Made by a program: the position numbers and the translations under genes
Shown: positions 1-9,997 of the stretch, piece by piece
Layout: the number at the start of each line of letters is the position of its first letter
Numbering within the stretch: the first letter of the stretch is position 1
Notes under the pieces: generated by a model
Databases searched by the model: none
What the model was told of the DNA's origin: nothing
What the model saw: only the letters and a program-made list of their open reading frames with translations
Assembly (NCBI GenBank): GCA_036644995.1
Contig: JAVXOZ010000005.1
Coordinates: forward strand, 28,067-92,066
DNA from: Clostridiales bacterium
GTDB taxonomy: Bacteria; Bacillota; Dehalobacteriia; UBA7702
Direction of reading: 5' to 3'
DNA: 64,000 nucleotides

Positions 1-44
1 AAGCCACTCAGTCCCAAGGAAACCACTAAAAATACCAATGCCAT
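1..44 (-). CDS. spoIIIAB: stage III sporulation protein AB, N-terminal fragment (runs off the window)
   Basis: ATG at 44..42, 5 nt downstream of the spoIIIAA stop. It translates MALVFLVVSLGLSG, a hydrophobic N-terminus expected from spoIIIA operon order. Confidence 0.5.
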   Translation of the reverse strand, partial: MALVFLVVSLGLSG

Positions 45-49
45 AATTT

Positions 50-1006
50 TCACAACCTCACCCCTTTATGATCAAAAATACCTTCAATATGCCCAACCTG
101 TCCACGATTGGATAGCTGTACTAAGCGTTTAAACACCCCTAATTTCAGTAAATTTTCCACCATGGGGCGGTAAAATATATCTTCCAAATTACGGGCGTGG
201 GCAGTTAACAGCAGGGAAACACCGGAATTTACCACCTCTAAAATTGCTTTTTCATCTTCTTTATCACCTATTTCATCGGTAACAATAATATCCGGGCTTA
301 AAGCTCGCACCGCCATCAGCATACCTTGGGATTTGGGTGCACCATCTAAAATATCCGTACAGGAACCCACGTCCAAACGTGGTTGTCCCCAAAAACAGCC
401 GGCAATTTCCGAACGCTGGTCTATAAGTGTGATATTTCTGGATTTTTTCAAATTTTCACCATCCGAAAGCAATCTGGTTAAATCTCTTAACAAAGTTGTT
501 TTACCACAGCAAGGCGGTGAAAATATTAAAGTATTTTGAAAAATCCCATTATCTTCCAAATAGGGCAAAAGAATTTTGCCGCACCCCTTAATTTCCTTGG
601 CAATGCGAAAATTTAAAGAAGAAATATCACGTATTGTTGCCACTTTGCCATTATCCAACAGCACCCTGCCACCAATACCCACTCTGTGACCACCGGGTAA
701 GGGTATATACCCACGGCGAAACTCCTCAGCCAAGGCATATACCGAGCCTTGGGTAATGCGGTGTACAGCGGTTTTTAAATCTCCCTCACTACAAATAAAA
801 ACACCACCCAAGGGGTTTTTCAGCTCAAAACCCATGCCGCCGCTGCCAAGGAAAATAGGGCGACAAATCCGCAAACGAATTTCCTCTAAACTATTTTTAA
901 TATCCATAGGTAAATTTTCTATGGCTGTGGCTATTTTTGGGGGTAAATACGGTAAAATGCCACTATAACCTTGGGTTTGTCCTGTAATATTTATTTGATT
1001 TTCCAT
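50..1006 (-). CDS. spoIIIAA: stage III sporulation protein AA (AAA ATPase)
   Basis: 318-aa ORF with Walker A SPPCCGKTTLLRD and SpoIIIAA-like sequence throughout. Confidence 0.85.
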   Translation of the reverse strand: MENQINITGQTQGYSGILPYLPPKIATAIENLPMDIKNSLEEIRLRICRPIFLGSGGMGFELKNPLGGVFICSEGDLKTAVHRITQGSVYALAEEFRRGYIPLPGGHRVGIGGRVLLDNGKVATIRDISSLNFRIAKEIKGCGKILLPYLEDNGIFQNTLIFSPPCCGKTTLLRDLTRLLSDGENLKKSRNITLIDQRSEIAGCFWGQPRLDVGSCTDILDGAPKSQGMLMAVRALSPDIIVTDEIGDKEDEKAILEVVNSGVSLLLTAHARNLEDIFYRPMVENLLKLGVFKRLVQLSNRGQVGHIEGIFDHKGVRL

Positions 1007-1150
1007 TTTTAATCACCTTCTTTTTTAAGATTATGTTCCAATAAAATACCTTAGAACAAAAAAAATCATTGACCTATTGCAAAAAAAGTATTATCCTTAG
1101 AACATATAGTAGGAAAATTAGGCTAATTAGGATAAAAAGGAGGTGTCATT

Positions 1151-3067
1151 TTGCTTGCCGTTAAAGCAACCGATTTAACCAAAAAATATGGTAGGTATTA
1201 TGGTATCGATAATGTCAATATCTCGGTGGAAACAGGAGATGTATTTGGCATAGTTGGTCCAAAAGGTGCAGGTAAAACCACACTTTTAAGATTGTTAATG
1301 AACTACATATTTCCCTCTGCGGGTTCAGGTAGCATCTATGGAAACGATATTGTAGCCAATGCCGCCATAATTAAGGAAACCACAGGTTATGTCCCCACTG
1401 AGGTTACTTGCTACCCTCAGATGAAAGCAGGGAAATACATTAAAACTGCCATGAAAATGCACGGAGTAAGAAATAATGCGGCTATGGTGAAACTCATAGA
1501 CAAATTTGACGTACCCCGTAACCAAACATTTGAAGTTATGGACAGGGTGGATGCCAAAACCACAGGTATTGTGGCAGCACTTGCCATTAAACCCAAGGTT
1601 TTACTTTTAGATGAACCCACCAAAGGCTTGGATAGTTCATACAGATCTATTCTTTTTGATTTATTGATAGAAGAACACGAAAAAGGCACTACCATAGTGA
1701 TAACCGCAGAAACCATAGAGGATCTGGCGGGATTTTGTAACCGCATTGCCATTTTAGAAGAAGGCTCCGTGGTTGAAATAAAAGAGTATGATGGTAATGT
1801 TTATGTGGACGAAACCGCAGTAACAGACTTTACAGATGAATTTTCAGATTATGAAGAAATAGAAGAAACAGAAGAAAATAACCCATTGGAAGATACTATC
1901 CCCCTAAATATTGAGGAAACCCCAGTGCTTTCCTCTGATTTAGATGCGGATAAATCAGATGCTCAAAATAATGATGTTAACGGTGTTGATTTAGGGGTTG
2001 CCCCCATAAGTTCACCAACGGAAACCGAGGCTTTAAACAAGGTGACTATGGCAGCGGCGGCTGTGGAAAATTTACCCGTTAAAGAAGAACCTAAATATGT
2101 GGAAGCCTCCATTGAAGATTTTTTGGCGGAACCCGAAATAATTGAAGAAAAGCCAACTGAAGATTTTTTGGTTGAAACTGAAATAATAACGGAAAATCCA
2201 AGTGAAAAATCAGCTGAAAACAATGGGGAAATAGCAGCTCCCACCGAACCCATTACCGAAGAAAAACCAAGCTTATTAAACACAGATTTAAACGAAGAAT
2301 TAAATACGGATATACCACAAGATGAAAACTCCCCAACCATGGCCACTGAGGAATTTTCAGCAGAAAATAAAGAAACCCCAAAACCCACCACAGAAGTTAA
2401 AGAAACAGCTGATACTGCCAATGAACCTGTGGCAAATAATTCGGAAACAGTGAAGAATAATACTAAATTAGCCGATAATAAACCTCAAAGCGGTTCAATT
2501 AATGCTAAAATAAAACCCGAAATTACTGAAGCTGAAACCATTGCCCAATCCATAAAAGACGTAGCAGTAAAAAATCCCGATGAAATAAACGGCGTAAAAT
2601 ATCAAGATTTAATTGATACCAAAGCTCCAAAATCTTTTACCGCAAAAATTAAAAAACCCGAAAAACAAGTGTTTGAAGATATGGGCATGGCGGTAATGAG
2701 CGAAGAAAAAGGTAAAATAAAACTGGCTTTTGCCGGCAATCTCCAAGAATTGCAAAACAAATTAAGCCAGTTGGGTATTACAGATTTAGCCACCCAAGAT
2801 GCACTCCTTGCCCAAGCTTTGGGCATAAAAAATGAAAAAGATGAACCTTGTGCAACAACGGAAAATGTTGATTCATCGGCAAATACCCTTGGGGATGAAA
2901 ATGCGGTTAAAACAGAAAATGCGGTTCAAGAAGAAAATTCCGTTCAAGAAAATAATTCCGAAAATTCCGAAAAAATTGATTCTGAACCCGTGGTTAAAAC
3001 CGATGATATTTCAGAAATTAAAAAATCCGAAATATCTCAATCAAAAAATAATGGGGGTGAAAACTAA
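1151..3067 (+). CDS. ABC transporter ATP-binding protein with a ~430-aa acidic low-complexity C-terminal extension
   Basis: TTG start 7 nt after AAGGAGG. Walker A GPKGAGKTT, signature/Walker B LLLDEPTKGLD. The rest of the protein is E/T/N/P-rich. Confidence 0.8.
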   Translation: MLAVKATDLTKKYGRYYGIDNVNISVETGDVFGIVGPKGAGKTTLLRLLMNYIFPSAGSGSIYGNDIVANAAIIKETTGYVPTEVTCYPQMKAGKYIKTAMKMHGVRNNAAMVKLIDKFDVPRNQTFEVMDRVDAKTTGIVAALAIKPKVLLLDEPTKGLDSSYRSILFDLLIEEHEKGTTIVITAETIEDLAGFCNRIAILEEGSVVEIKEYDGNVYVDETAVTDFTDEFSDYEEIEETEENNPLEDTIPLNIEETPVLSSDLDADKSDAQNNDVNGVDLGVAPISSPTETEALNKVTMAAAAVENLPVKEEPKYVEASIEDFLAEPEIIEEKPTEDFLVETEIITENPSEKSAENNGEIAAPTEPITEEKPSLLNTDLNEELNTDIPQDENSPTMATEEFSAENKETPKPTTEVKETADTANEPVANNSETVKNNTKLADNKPQSGSINAKIKPEITEAETIAQSIKDVAVKNPDEINGVKYQDLIDTKAPKSFTAKIKKPEKQVFEDMGMAVMSEEKGKIKLAFAGNLQELQNKLSQLGITDLATQDALLAQALGIKNEKDEPCATTENVDSSANTLGDENAVKTENAVQEENSVQENNSENSEKIDSEPVVKTDDISEIKKSEISQSKNNGGEN

Positions 3068-3876
3068 TGCACATTTTTAATTTAGCTTTTCGCCGCAACA
3101 TGGGCAGCATGGTTATTTGGACCATTATTTTAGGTGGTCTTTTAGCCATTGCCATGTTCCTTTTCCCCACCATGGGACCGGAAACTTTAACCGCAACCAT
3201 TAGCGGCATAACATCTTCCATGCCCCAAATAGCAGTGGAAATATTGGGTTTGGGTTCAATGAAAATATTGGCTACTTTGGTTGGATATTTTGCATTTGCT
3301 TTTCAATTTGTAATTTTACTTTCCATGATATTCGGAGCTATACTCGGTGCTCGCAGTTTAACCACTGAAGAAGGCTGCGGTGCTACTGAATATATTTACG
3401 CCCAACCAATCACCAGAAAAACTGTGGCTTGTCAAAAATTATCCGCAGCAATTCTCACTTATTTTATATATAGCTTATTAATTTCCGCTATTGCGTTGAT
3501 TATGGCATTTGTTTTCCGCACGGCCCCGATGATGGAAATTGTTTTGGATATGTACCCTGCACTATTAGGGCTTTTCTTTTGCGGACTTATCTATATTGCC
3601 ATTGGTTTTTTCTTCTCATCATTTTTACGCAGCAACGGCGAAACCATACCCATTATGATAGCGGTGGTTTTAATAACTTATATTTTAGGTTTAATGGGCA
3701 ATATAGTTAGCCGAGTGAGTTTTCTTGTTTACACCTCCCCCATTCAATTTGCCAACCCCATTATGTTAGTGCAATCGGGAATAAATTGGATTCAATGGGG
3801 TATTGGTGCTGTGGTAATAATCCTTGCCATCATTGCAGGATTGGCTATTTACAAAAGGAAAGATTTTCGCAGTTAA
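3067..3876 (+). CDS. ABC-2 family transporter permease
   Basis: Its ATG overlaps the ATPase stop (TAATG). 269 aa with about 6 predicted TM segments. Confidence 0.7.
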   Translation: MHIFNLAFRRNMGSMVIWTIILGGLLAIAMFLFPTMGPETLTATISGITSSMPQIAVEILGLGSMKILATLVGYFAFAFQFVILLSMIFGAILGARSLTTEEGCGATEYIYAQPITRKTVACQKLSAAILTYFIYSLLISAIALIMAFVFRTAPMMEIVLDMYPALLGLFFCGLIYIAIGFFFSSFLRSNGETIPIMIAVVLITYILGLMGNIVSRVSFLVYTSPIQFANPIMLVQSGINWIQWGIGAVVIILAIIAGLAIYKRKDFRS

Positions 3877-4003
3877 GCTTTTGCTTTTAAATTAAACCAC
3901 CTATTAAAGCACCTTTGAAATTGAATTTATGGGTTTAAACTATTTATGGATTTAAACCACTAACGAGTTTAAATGAAACTTTAATTTAAAAAAATATAAA
4001 TAA

Positions 4004-4047
4004 AATCCCAACTTTTATGCCGCTTGTGCAACATAGAAGTCGGGATT
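4004..4047. terminator. bidirectional intrinsic terminator between convergent genes
   Basis: 11-bp stem AATCCCAACTT/AAGTCGGGATT with one mismatch. T-runs follow on both strands. Confidence 0.7.
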
Positions 4048-4095
4048 TTTTATTTTTTTATTAATGGGGTTTAGGTAAAATAGGAGCAATAAATC

Positions 4096-4458
4096 TTAGT
4101 TTTCTTTGGCGTGTTCTGCACAACCGCATGAACAAGTTTCTTCTTCATCATCATCGTCATCACTGTAAACAATTTCGCCCATGGCAAATTCGTCATCGTC
4201 ATCATCTTCACAGCAATCGCAATCAAAATCGCAATCATCGATAAATACGAATTCTTCCAAATCGCCGAGATCTTCATCTAATTCTTCGACGAAATCTTCT
4301 AATTCTTCAATGTCTTCTTTCACTTCGCTACATTCTTCAGCCATTTCTTCCAAAACATCTAAAATGGCGAAAATTGCACGTCCCTCTTTGGTTTCCTTAT
4401 CAAGGTCTAATCCCTCAACAAAACCTTCAAGATAAGCTACTTTTTCGTTCATGCTCAT
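4096..4458 (-). CDS. highly acidic Cys-rich protein (CD1247 N-terminal domain-like)
   Basis: RBS AAAGGAG, then 5 nt, then ATG. N-terminus MSMNEKVAYLEGFVEGL. Asp/Glu runs with DCDFDCDCC and CSCGC motifs. Lies 40 nt downstream of efp. Confidence 0.7.
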   Translation of the reverse strand: MSMNEKVAYLEGFVEGLDLDKETKEGRAIFAILDVLEEMAEECSEVKEDIEELEDFVEELDEDLGDLEEFVFIDDCDFDCDCCEDDDDDEFAMGEIVYSDDDDDEEETCSCGCAEHAKEN

Positions 4459-4498
4459 AATAAGCTCCTTTCGTGTTTAACTCATTAATAGGTTAAAC

Positions 4499-5062
4499 TC
4501 AATCTTTTGCTCTTTCAATGTATTCACCGGTTTTGGTGTTAATACGCAGTCTATCCCCTTCATTAATGAAGAAGGGAACATTAACCTTGGCACCTGTTTC
4601 CAAAATAGCGGGTTTAGAACCGCCGGAAGCAGTATCACCTTTGATGCCGGGTTCGGTTTCCGCAACAACTAATGTTACCTGACCGGGCAAATCGATACCC
4701 ATGATATCGCCTTTGTAAAATAAGATGGAGCAGTCCATATTTTCAATTAAGAAATTTTTGCCGCTGCCCAGTTGCTCATCATTTACGGGAATTTGTTCAT
4801 AGGTTTCATTATCCATGAAAATGTATTCTTCGCCGTCTTTATAAAGATATTGCATATTGCGACGATCCAGATGAGCCTTGGGCACTTTTTCACCTGCATC
4901 AAAAGTTTTTTCCACTGTGGAACCTGTACGCACATTTTTCATTTTGGTGCGAACAAAGGCAGCACCTTTTCCGGGTTTTACGTGCTGAAATTCCAGCACC
5001 TGAAAAGCATCGCCATCCATTTCAATGGTTACACCCGGTCTAAAATCATTGGAAGAAATCAT
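4499..5062 (-). CDS. efp: elongation factor P
   Basis: 187 aa, [14 protein letters not shown]...[12 protein letters not shown], canonical EF-P. Confidence 0.95.
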   Translation of the reverse strand: MISSNDFRPGVTIEMDGDAFQVLEFQHVKPGKGAAFVRTKMKNVRTGSTVEKTFDAGEKVPKAHLDRRNMQYLYKDGEEYIFMDNETYEQIPVNDEQLGSGKNFLIENMDCSILFYKGDIMGIDLPGQVTLVVAETEPGIKGDTASGGSKPAILETGAKVNVPFFINEGDRLRINTKTGEYIERAKD

Positions 5063-5278
5063 AGTTCTTACCCTCCTAAGTATACGTTAAAATATTTAAA
5101 AATAATTATTCATTATTAAATGAGCAAAATAAAACATAAAAACACTGTATAAAAAATACTTATATTGCATTTTTATTAAAATAATTAATATCAACACTTT
5201 TGTAGATTTACAGGTTTTTTGCGATTCCGTTATGTTTTTCGTTAATATCGGATAATTGCCTTCAATCATCGGTATTTT

Positions 5279-5541
5279 GAAACTACCTTAAAAGCACCTT
5301 GTAAACCACTTCAGTGCAAACTTAAAATTACCTTAATCCAACCTTGTAAATCACGTCTGTGCAAACAACTACCTTAATCGCACCTTGTAAATCACTTTGT
5401 GCCAACTTAAACTACCTTAATAGCACCTTATAAATCACTTTGTGCCAACTAAAACTACCTTAATAGCACCTTATAAATCACTTTGTGCCAACTAAAACTA
5501 CCTTAGTAGCACCTTGTAAATCACCTTTGTGCCAACTTAAA
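5279..5541. repeat. degenerate tandem array, six units of about 43 nt
   Basis: Unit CTACCTTAATAGCACCTTATAAATCACTTTGTGCCAACTAAAA. The units at 5412-5454 and 5455-5497 are identical. Confidence 0.9.
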
Positions 5542-5570
5542 TTATCTACATAATAAATTAATTTCTTATA

Positions 5571-6626
5571 TCAAAGCACAATTAAATCCTTGGGTGAGGC
5601 TGTCATGGTAAAGGCACCACTTGGGGTCATCCGCACCATATCCTCTATTCTTACCCCCCCTGCTTGGGGAATATATATACCAGGCTCCAAGGTAAATACC
5701 ATATTGGGCTTAAAAACCATATCATTTTTTTTATTCACAGTGGGTAATTCGTGGATTTCCAACCCTACCCCGTGGCCTAAGCTGTGTCCAAAATAATGTT
5801 CCAGCTCAAATTCCGCAAAATAATCCCTGGTGGCTTTTTCCGCATTGCTGATTTTAAGCCCGGGAAAAGCTTTGGCATATGCCCTTGCTTGACCTTCCTT
5901 TACCACATGGTAAAGCTGGCGCATTTCAGGTTCGGGTTCACCAAGAAAAACCGTACGTGTCATATCTGAGCAATAATTTTCATAAATACAACCATAATCC
6001 ATAAGCAAAGGCTCATGGGCTAAAATTTTATTATTTCCTGCCACCCCATGGGGCAAAGCCGAACGTGGACCGCTTGCCACGATAAAATCAAAAGATGGTG
6101 CTGTAGCTCCTTGGGAACGCATAAAAAAGTCCAATTCGTTGCTGATTTCTATTTCCAATACCCCTTCTTTAATAAAGGGTAAAATATGGCGAAAGGCATC
6201 ATCAGCAATATCCACGGCTTTTTGTAAAATTTCTAATTCTTCAGGTTCTTTAATCATGCGCAAAGCGGCAATTTCCTGTGATTTGGGCAGTAATTCCCCA
6301 TTGAGGGGTAATTCCGCCTTTAATGCTTCAAAAGTTGCCACGGTGAGGAAATTTTCCTCAAAACCTATAACTTTTTCACCCTGTAATAAGGGTTTAATAA
6401 GCCAAGGACTGGGGGATAAAACAACATTCCAGTTTGGGCATTGTTCTTTTGCCTGTTCTTCATAGCGAGAATCCACTAAAATGTAGGCATTTTTTTCCGT
6501 AAGCCAAATTCCTGCCAAGGTACCACTAAAGCCCGATAAATACAAAATATTTTCGGGTTGATGGATAAAAACACCATCTAAGTTGTTTTCTGCTATTAAA
6601 TTTCTAATTTTTTCCAATTGTTTCAC
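5571..6626 (-). CDS. M24 family Xaa-Pro aminopeptidase
   Basis: 351 aa with a creatinase-like N-domain and M24 metal ligands (HGVGLEIHE, EPGIY). Confidence 0.85.
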   Translation of the reverse strand: MKQLEKIRNLIAENNLDGVFIHQPENILYLSGFSGTLAGIWLTEKNAYILVDSRYEEQAKEQCPNWNVVLSPSPWLIKPLLQGEKVIGFEENFLTVATFEALKAELPLNGELLPKSQEIAALRMIKEPEELEILQKAVDIADDAFRHILPFIKEGVLEIEISNELDFFMRSQGATAPSFDFIVASGPRSALPHGVAGNNKILAHEPLLMDYGCIYENYCSDMTRTVFLGEPEPEMRQLYHVVKEGQARAYAKAFPGLKISNAEKATRDYFAEFELEHYFGHSLGHGVGLEIHELPTVNKKNDMVFKPNMVFTLEPGIYIPQAGGVRIEDMVRMTPSGAFTMTASPKDLIVL

Positions 6627-6684
6627 AGCAAATATACCTCTTATTGTATTTTAACATATAATGTTAAGTTTTTCCACTACATTA

Positions 6685-8016
6685 TTATGTTTTTCCACTG
6701 ATTTTCATAGAACTAATTTTCAAAGGTGGTGCACCCCTATAACCGTAAAATTTTATTTCATCACCCACAGCTTCCACATCCCGTAAAAGCTGAAAAACAT
6801 TGCCTGCCACCATATTCCCACTAATGGCAGTTGCCATTTCACCATTGGTGATGAGGTTACCTCGCACACCCAAGGAAAAATCGCCGCTTATGGGGTTTGC
6901 CATGTGTAAACCCATTAAATCACGGATATAAATACCACTTTTTATTCCTTTAACCATGGATTGCAATGTATCTTTGCCACTTTTTATGTAATAATTTGTA
7001 AACCCTGTGGTGGGTAAAGATTTTGCAGAATTAGCAAAGCCATTGCCTGTGGGTTTAACATCGGCTTTTGCCGCCGCCACGGTATCGTATAAAAAGCTTT
7101 TAACCTTGCCGTGGTCTATTAAAATATTTTTACCGCAGGGTGTTCCTTGGTCGTCAAAGGAATTAGAGGCAATGCCCCAAGGCAAAAGAGGGTTATCACA
7201 CAAGGTTAAATCCCTATGAGTGATAATTTCACCAATTTTTTCTGCTAATTTTGATTGCCCTTTACGGATATTATCTCCCAAAAAGCTCGGTAATATGATA
7301 CCTAAAAAATCCACTACGGCATCGCCATCAATAATAACAGGATATTCACCGGTTTTAACGGTAATGGCATTTAATTTATTAACCGCATTAAACCCTGCAT
7401 TTGCACCGATTTTATCCGCATCCAACTGGGAAAATAAGCGTTTTGCCATGGCATCGCCACCTGTTTCCGTTTCCGTGGCTGTTTGGCTAATTGCCACCAC
7501 AGAGCCGGTTACATAATTTGCATTAAAGGTCAAATCCAGTCCCAAGGTATTTTTTATAATGGTAGTGACCTTTGCCGAGCCTAAGGAAGCACGGTCTATT
7601 TTTTTTACTTTTTTATTCTTTAATGTTGCAGATTTAAGGGCATATAAAAATTCTTCTTTTTCCTTAAATCCCACTTCCTCTTGGGCTTCCCAAGGTACAT
7701 TGGGATAGATTAAACCATGGGGAGTAAAATGATAATAAGGCTCGGAATCCAAAAATTTGCAGGAAACCAAGGCATCGTCTATGGCTTTTTCCATTACATT
7801 TTTTTCAGCCACCGCACCGTAGGAAAATCCCAAAACACCATTTTTTAATAGGCGGATAGAAAAACCTTGGGATTTAGAGCCATTAACATCAGCCAAGGCT
7901 TTATCTTCCAAAACATAGCGTTCGCTGCTGGAATTAACCGCAAAAATTTCGCATTGGTCTGCTCCTTTTTTTAAAGCGTAACTCAAGGCGTTTTCTAAAA
8001 TAATTTCTTTTTTCAT
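6685..8016 (-). CDS. pmbA: TldD/PmbA family metalloprotease (PmbA/TldE-like)
   Basis: 443 aa with family-typical sequence. Overlaps the tldD stop by 4 nt. Confidence 0.8.
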   Translation of the reverse strand: MKKEIILENALSYALKKGADQCEIFAVNSSSERYVLEDKALADVNGSKSQGFSIRLLKNGVLGFSYGAVAEKNVMEKAIDDALVSCKFLDSEPYYHFTPHGLIYPNVPWEAQEEVGFKEKEEFLYALKSATLKNKKVKKIDRASLGSAKVTTIIKNTLGLDLTFNANYVTGSVVAISQTATETETGGDAMAKRLFSQLDADKIGANAGFNAVNKLNAITVKTGEYPVIIDGDAVVDFLGIILPSFLGDNIRKGQSKLAEKIGEIITHRDLTLCDNPLLPWGIASNSFDDQGTPCGKNILIDHGKVKSFLYDTVAAAKADVKPTGNGFANSAKSLPTTGFTNYYIKSGKDTLQSMVKGIKSGIYIRDLMGLHMANPISGDFSLGVRGNLITNGEMATAISGNMVAGNVFQLLRDVEAVGDEIKFYGYRGAPPLKISSMKISGKT

Positions 8017-9386
8017 TGGGTACCTCCCACCACTACTTCGGATAAACCCAAGGTAGGCTGGGCATCACCCACGGGCACAGATTGCCCACCCTTGCCGCAA
8101 GTGCCAATGGCAAAGCCTAAATCACTGCCTAAGGCAAAAACAGAACCCAAAGTTTTGGGGCCATTACCTATTAGTGTAGCATTTTTAACGGGATAAGTTA
8201 AAGCACCGTTTTCAATTAAGTAACCTTCAGATACTTCAAAAACAAAATCGCCGTTATTGGTGTTTACTTGTCCACCGCCCATGGTTTTTACAAAAAGACC
8301 TTTTTTTGTATCCGCCAAAATAGCCTGTGGCTCATCATTGCCCGGTGCTATATAGGTATTACTCATCCGCACTTGGGGGCTGAAGCGATAGCTTTCCCTG
8401 CGACCGTTACCTGTGGATTTTTTCCCCATTTTTTGAGCTGTGCGAATATCAAACATATATTGCTCCAAAATGCCATTGCGTATTAAAATGTTTTTTCTGC
8501 CCACTTCTCCCTCATCATCCACTTCATAGGAGCCGTATTTATTAGGTATAGTGGCATCATCTATTACGGTTATTTTGGGTGAAGCCACCATTTGCCCTAA
8601 TTTATCTTTATAAACAGAAAGTCCTTTTTCTATATGGTCTGCCTCCAAGCCGTGGCCGCAAGCCTCGTGAACCATGGTACCACCTGCGGTTCCGGATAAA
8701 ATAACATTCATGGGTCCTGAAGGGGCATCTTTGGCATCCAATAAGTTTATGGCGTTTTCAACGGCTTTATCCACCTTTTCCATTAGGAGTTTTTCAGTCC
8801 ACAAAAAGCTGGTTTGGGTATCCCCCAAGGTTGCCATAGCGGTTTCAATATCGCTATTTCTTTTAACCACAATTTTTACAAAAAAGCGTTTTCGCCCGGA
8901 ATTGCGGTGCACAAAACGCCCCTTAACATTGGCAAGGAGCATTTCTTTTTGGCTATCACCATAGCCTATGGTAACTTGTTTTATCAAAGGATTAAGCTGC
9001 CAAGCGTATTCATTTACTCTTTTTATCATATCCCCAATGGCTTCCAGCTCTATGGTTTCAACATTTTTATTAAAATCATCCACCACCATAGGGGTGATAT
9101 TTTGGGGAAAAGTGCCGTTTTTCATTGACACAGCAGCTTTTTCCCCCAAGGCAATTAAATCACCGTAGGTGCAATTATTGGTATAAAAATAACTTGCACA
9201 ATCCCCATTTATTACCCTTATACCTGCGCCCATATCATAACCACGATGAAATCTCTGTATTTTATTTTCTTCTGCCAAAATTGTACCACCAGAGCTTTTG
9301 GTGATGAAAATATCCGCAAAATCTCCACCTTTAGCCGTGGCAGTTTTTAAAATATTGGCTATTTCCTCGGGTGTAAAATTATTCAC
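8013..9386 (-). CDS. tldD: TldD family metalloprotease
   Basis: HEACGHGLE metal motif. The start is placed at the GTG overlapping the aroK stop (GTGA). The track ATG at 9470 would overlap aroK by 88 nt. Confidence 0.75.
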   Translation of the reverse strand: MNNFTPEEIANILKTATAKGGDFADIFITKSSGGTILAEENKIQRFHRGYDMGAGIRVINGDCASYFYTNNCTYGDLIALGEKAAVSMKNGTFPQNITPMVVDDFNKNVETIELEAIGDMIKRVNEYAWQLNPLIKQVTIGYGDSQKEMLLANVKGRFVHRNSGRKRFFVKIVVKRNSDIETAMATLGDTQTSFLWTEKLLMEKVDKAVENAINLLDAKDAPSGPMNVILSGTAGGTMVHEACGHGLEADHIEKGLSVYKDKLGQMVASPKITVIDDATIPNKYGSYEVDDEGEVGRKNILIRNGILEQYMFDIRTAQKMGKKSTGNGRRESYRFSPQVRMSNTYIAPGNDEPQAILADTKKGLFVKTMGGGQVNTNNGDFVFEVSEGYLIENGALTYPVKNATLIGNGPKTLGSVFALGSDLGFAIGTCGKGGQSVPVGDAQPTLGLSEVVVGGTQ

Positions 9387-9895
9387 CTGTATTTTTCTAA
9401 CTCCTTTAAAATTATCTCCGCTGTTTCCTCCATGGTTAACCCCGTGGTGTGCACAACGATATCCGCCCATTCCTCATAAACAGGCAGCCATTTTCCATAG
9501 TGTTTTGCCACCAAATCACTAACCGAGCCTTTTTCCGTAAAGGGCTTGGTATTGCGACGTGAAAGCCGCTCAACAATGGTATTTTCATCTGTTTTTAAAA
9601 AAATAAATATACCGTTTTCTTTAAGGATAGCCATATTTTCCGAGTTTTCAATAAAAGCACCCCCGGTGGCAACTACCCCTTTTTCAACCTTTGCCAAGCG
9701 TTTTAAAACCAATTTTTCTTCGGAACGAAAGCGAATTTCTCCGTATTTTTTCAGGATATGCCCCATTTGCAGTCCTGTGGCAAATTCCATTTCCTTATCG
9801 GTATCGTAAAAATCATAATCCAAGGATTCGCTTAAAAATCGCCCCATGGCAGATTTACCACTGCCCATAAAGCCAATTAAAATTATATTTTTCAT
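9383..9895 (-). CDS. aroK: shikimate kinase
   Basis: 170 aa with P-loop GFMGSGKS, typical length and sequence. Confidence 0.9.
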   Translation of the reverse strand: MKNIILIGFMGSGKSAMGRFLSESLDYDFYDTDKEMEFATGLQMGHILKKYGEIRFRSEEKLVLKRLAKVEKGVVATGGAFIENSENMAILKENGIFIFLKTDENTIVERLSRRNTKPFTEKGSVSDLVAKHYGKWLPVYEEWADIVVHTTGLTMEETAEIILKELEKYR

Positions 9896-9997
9896 GCTTG
9901 CACCTGCTTTCGAATGTTCAGTAACGTTGATGTTCTAATGATAATCTATCTCTCATTATATGCAGAAAATGCCATGAAATGCCTTGCTGTCTCTATG

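Noticed and set aside
1007-1060. A sigma-E promoter call for spoIIIAA
   Set aside because: A CATAATCT-like -10 can be seen on the minus strand, but the -35 match is poor. The evidence is too weak to annotate.
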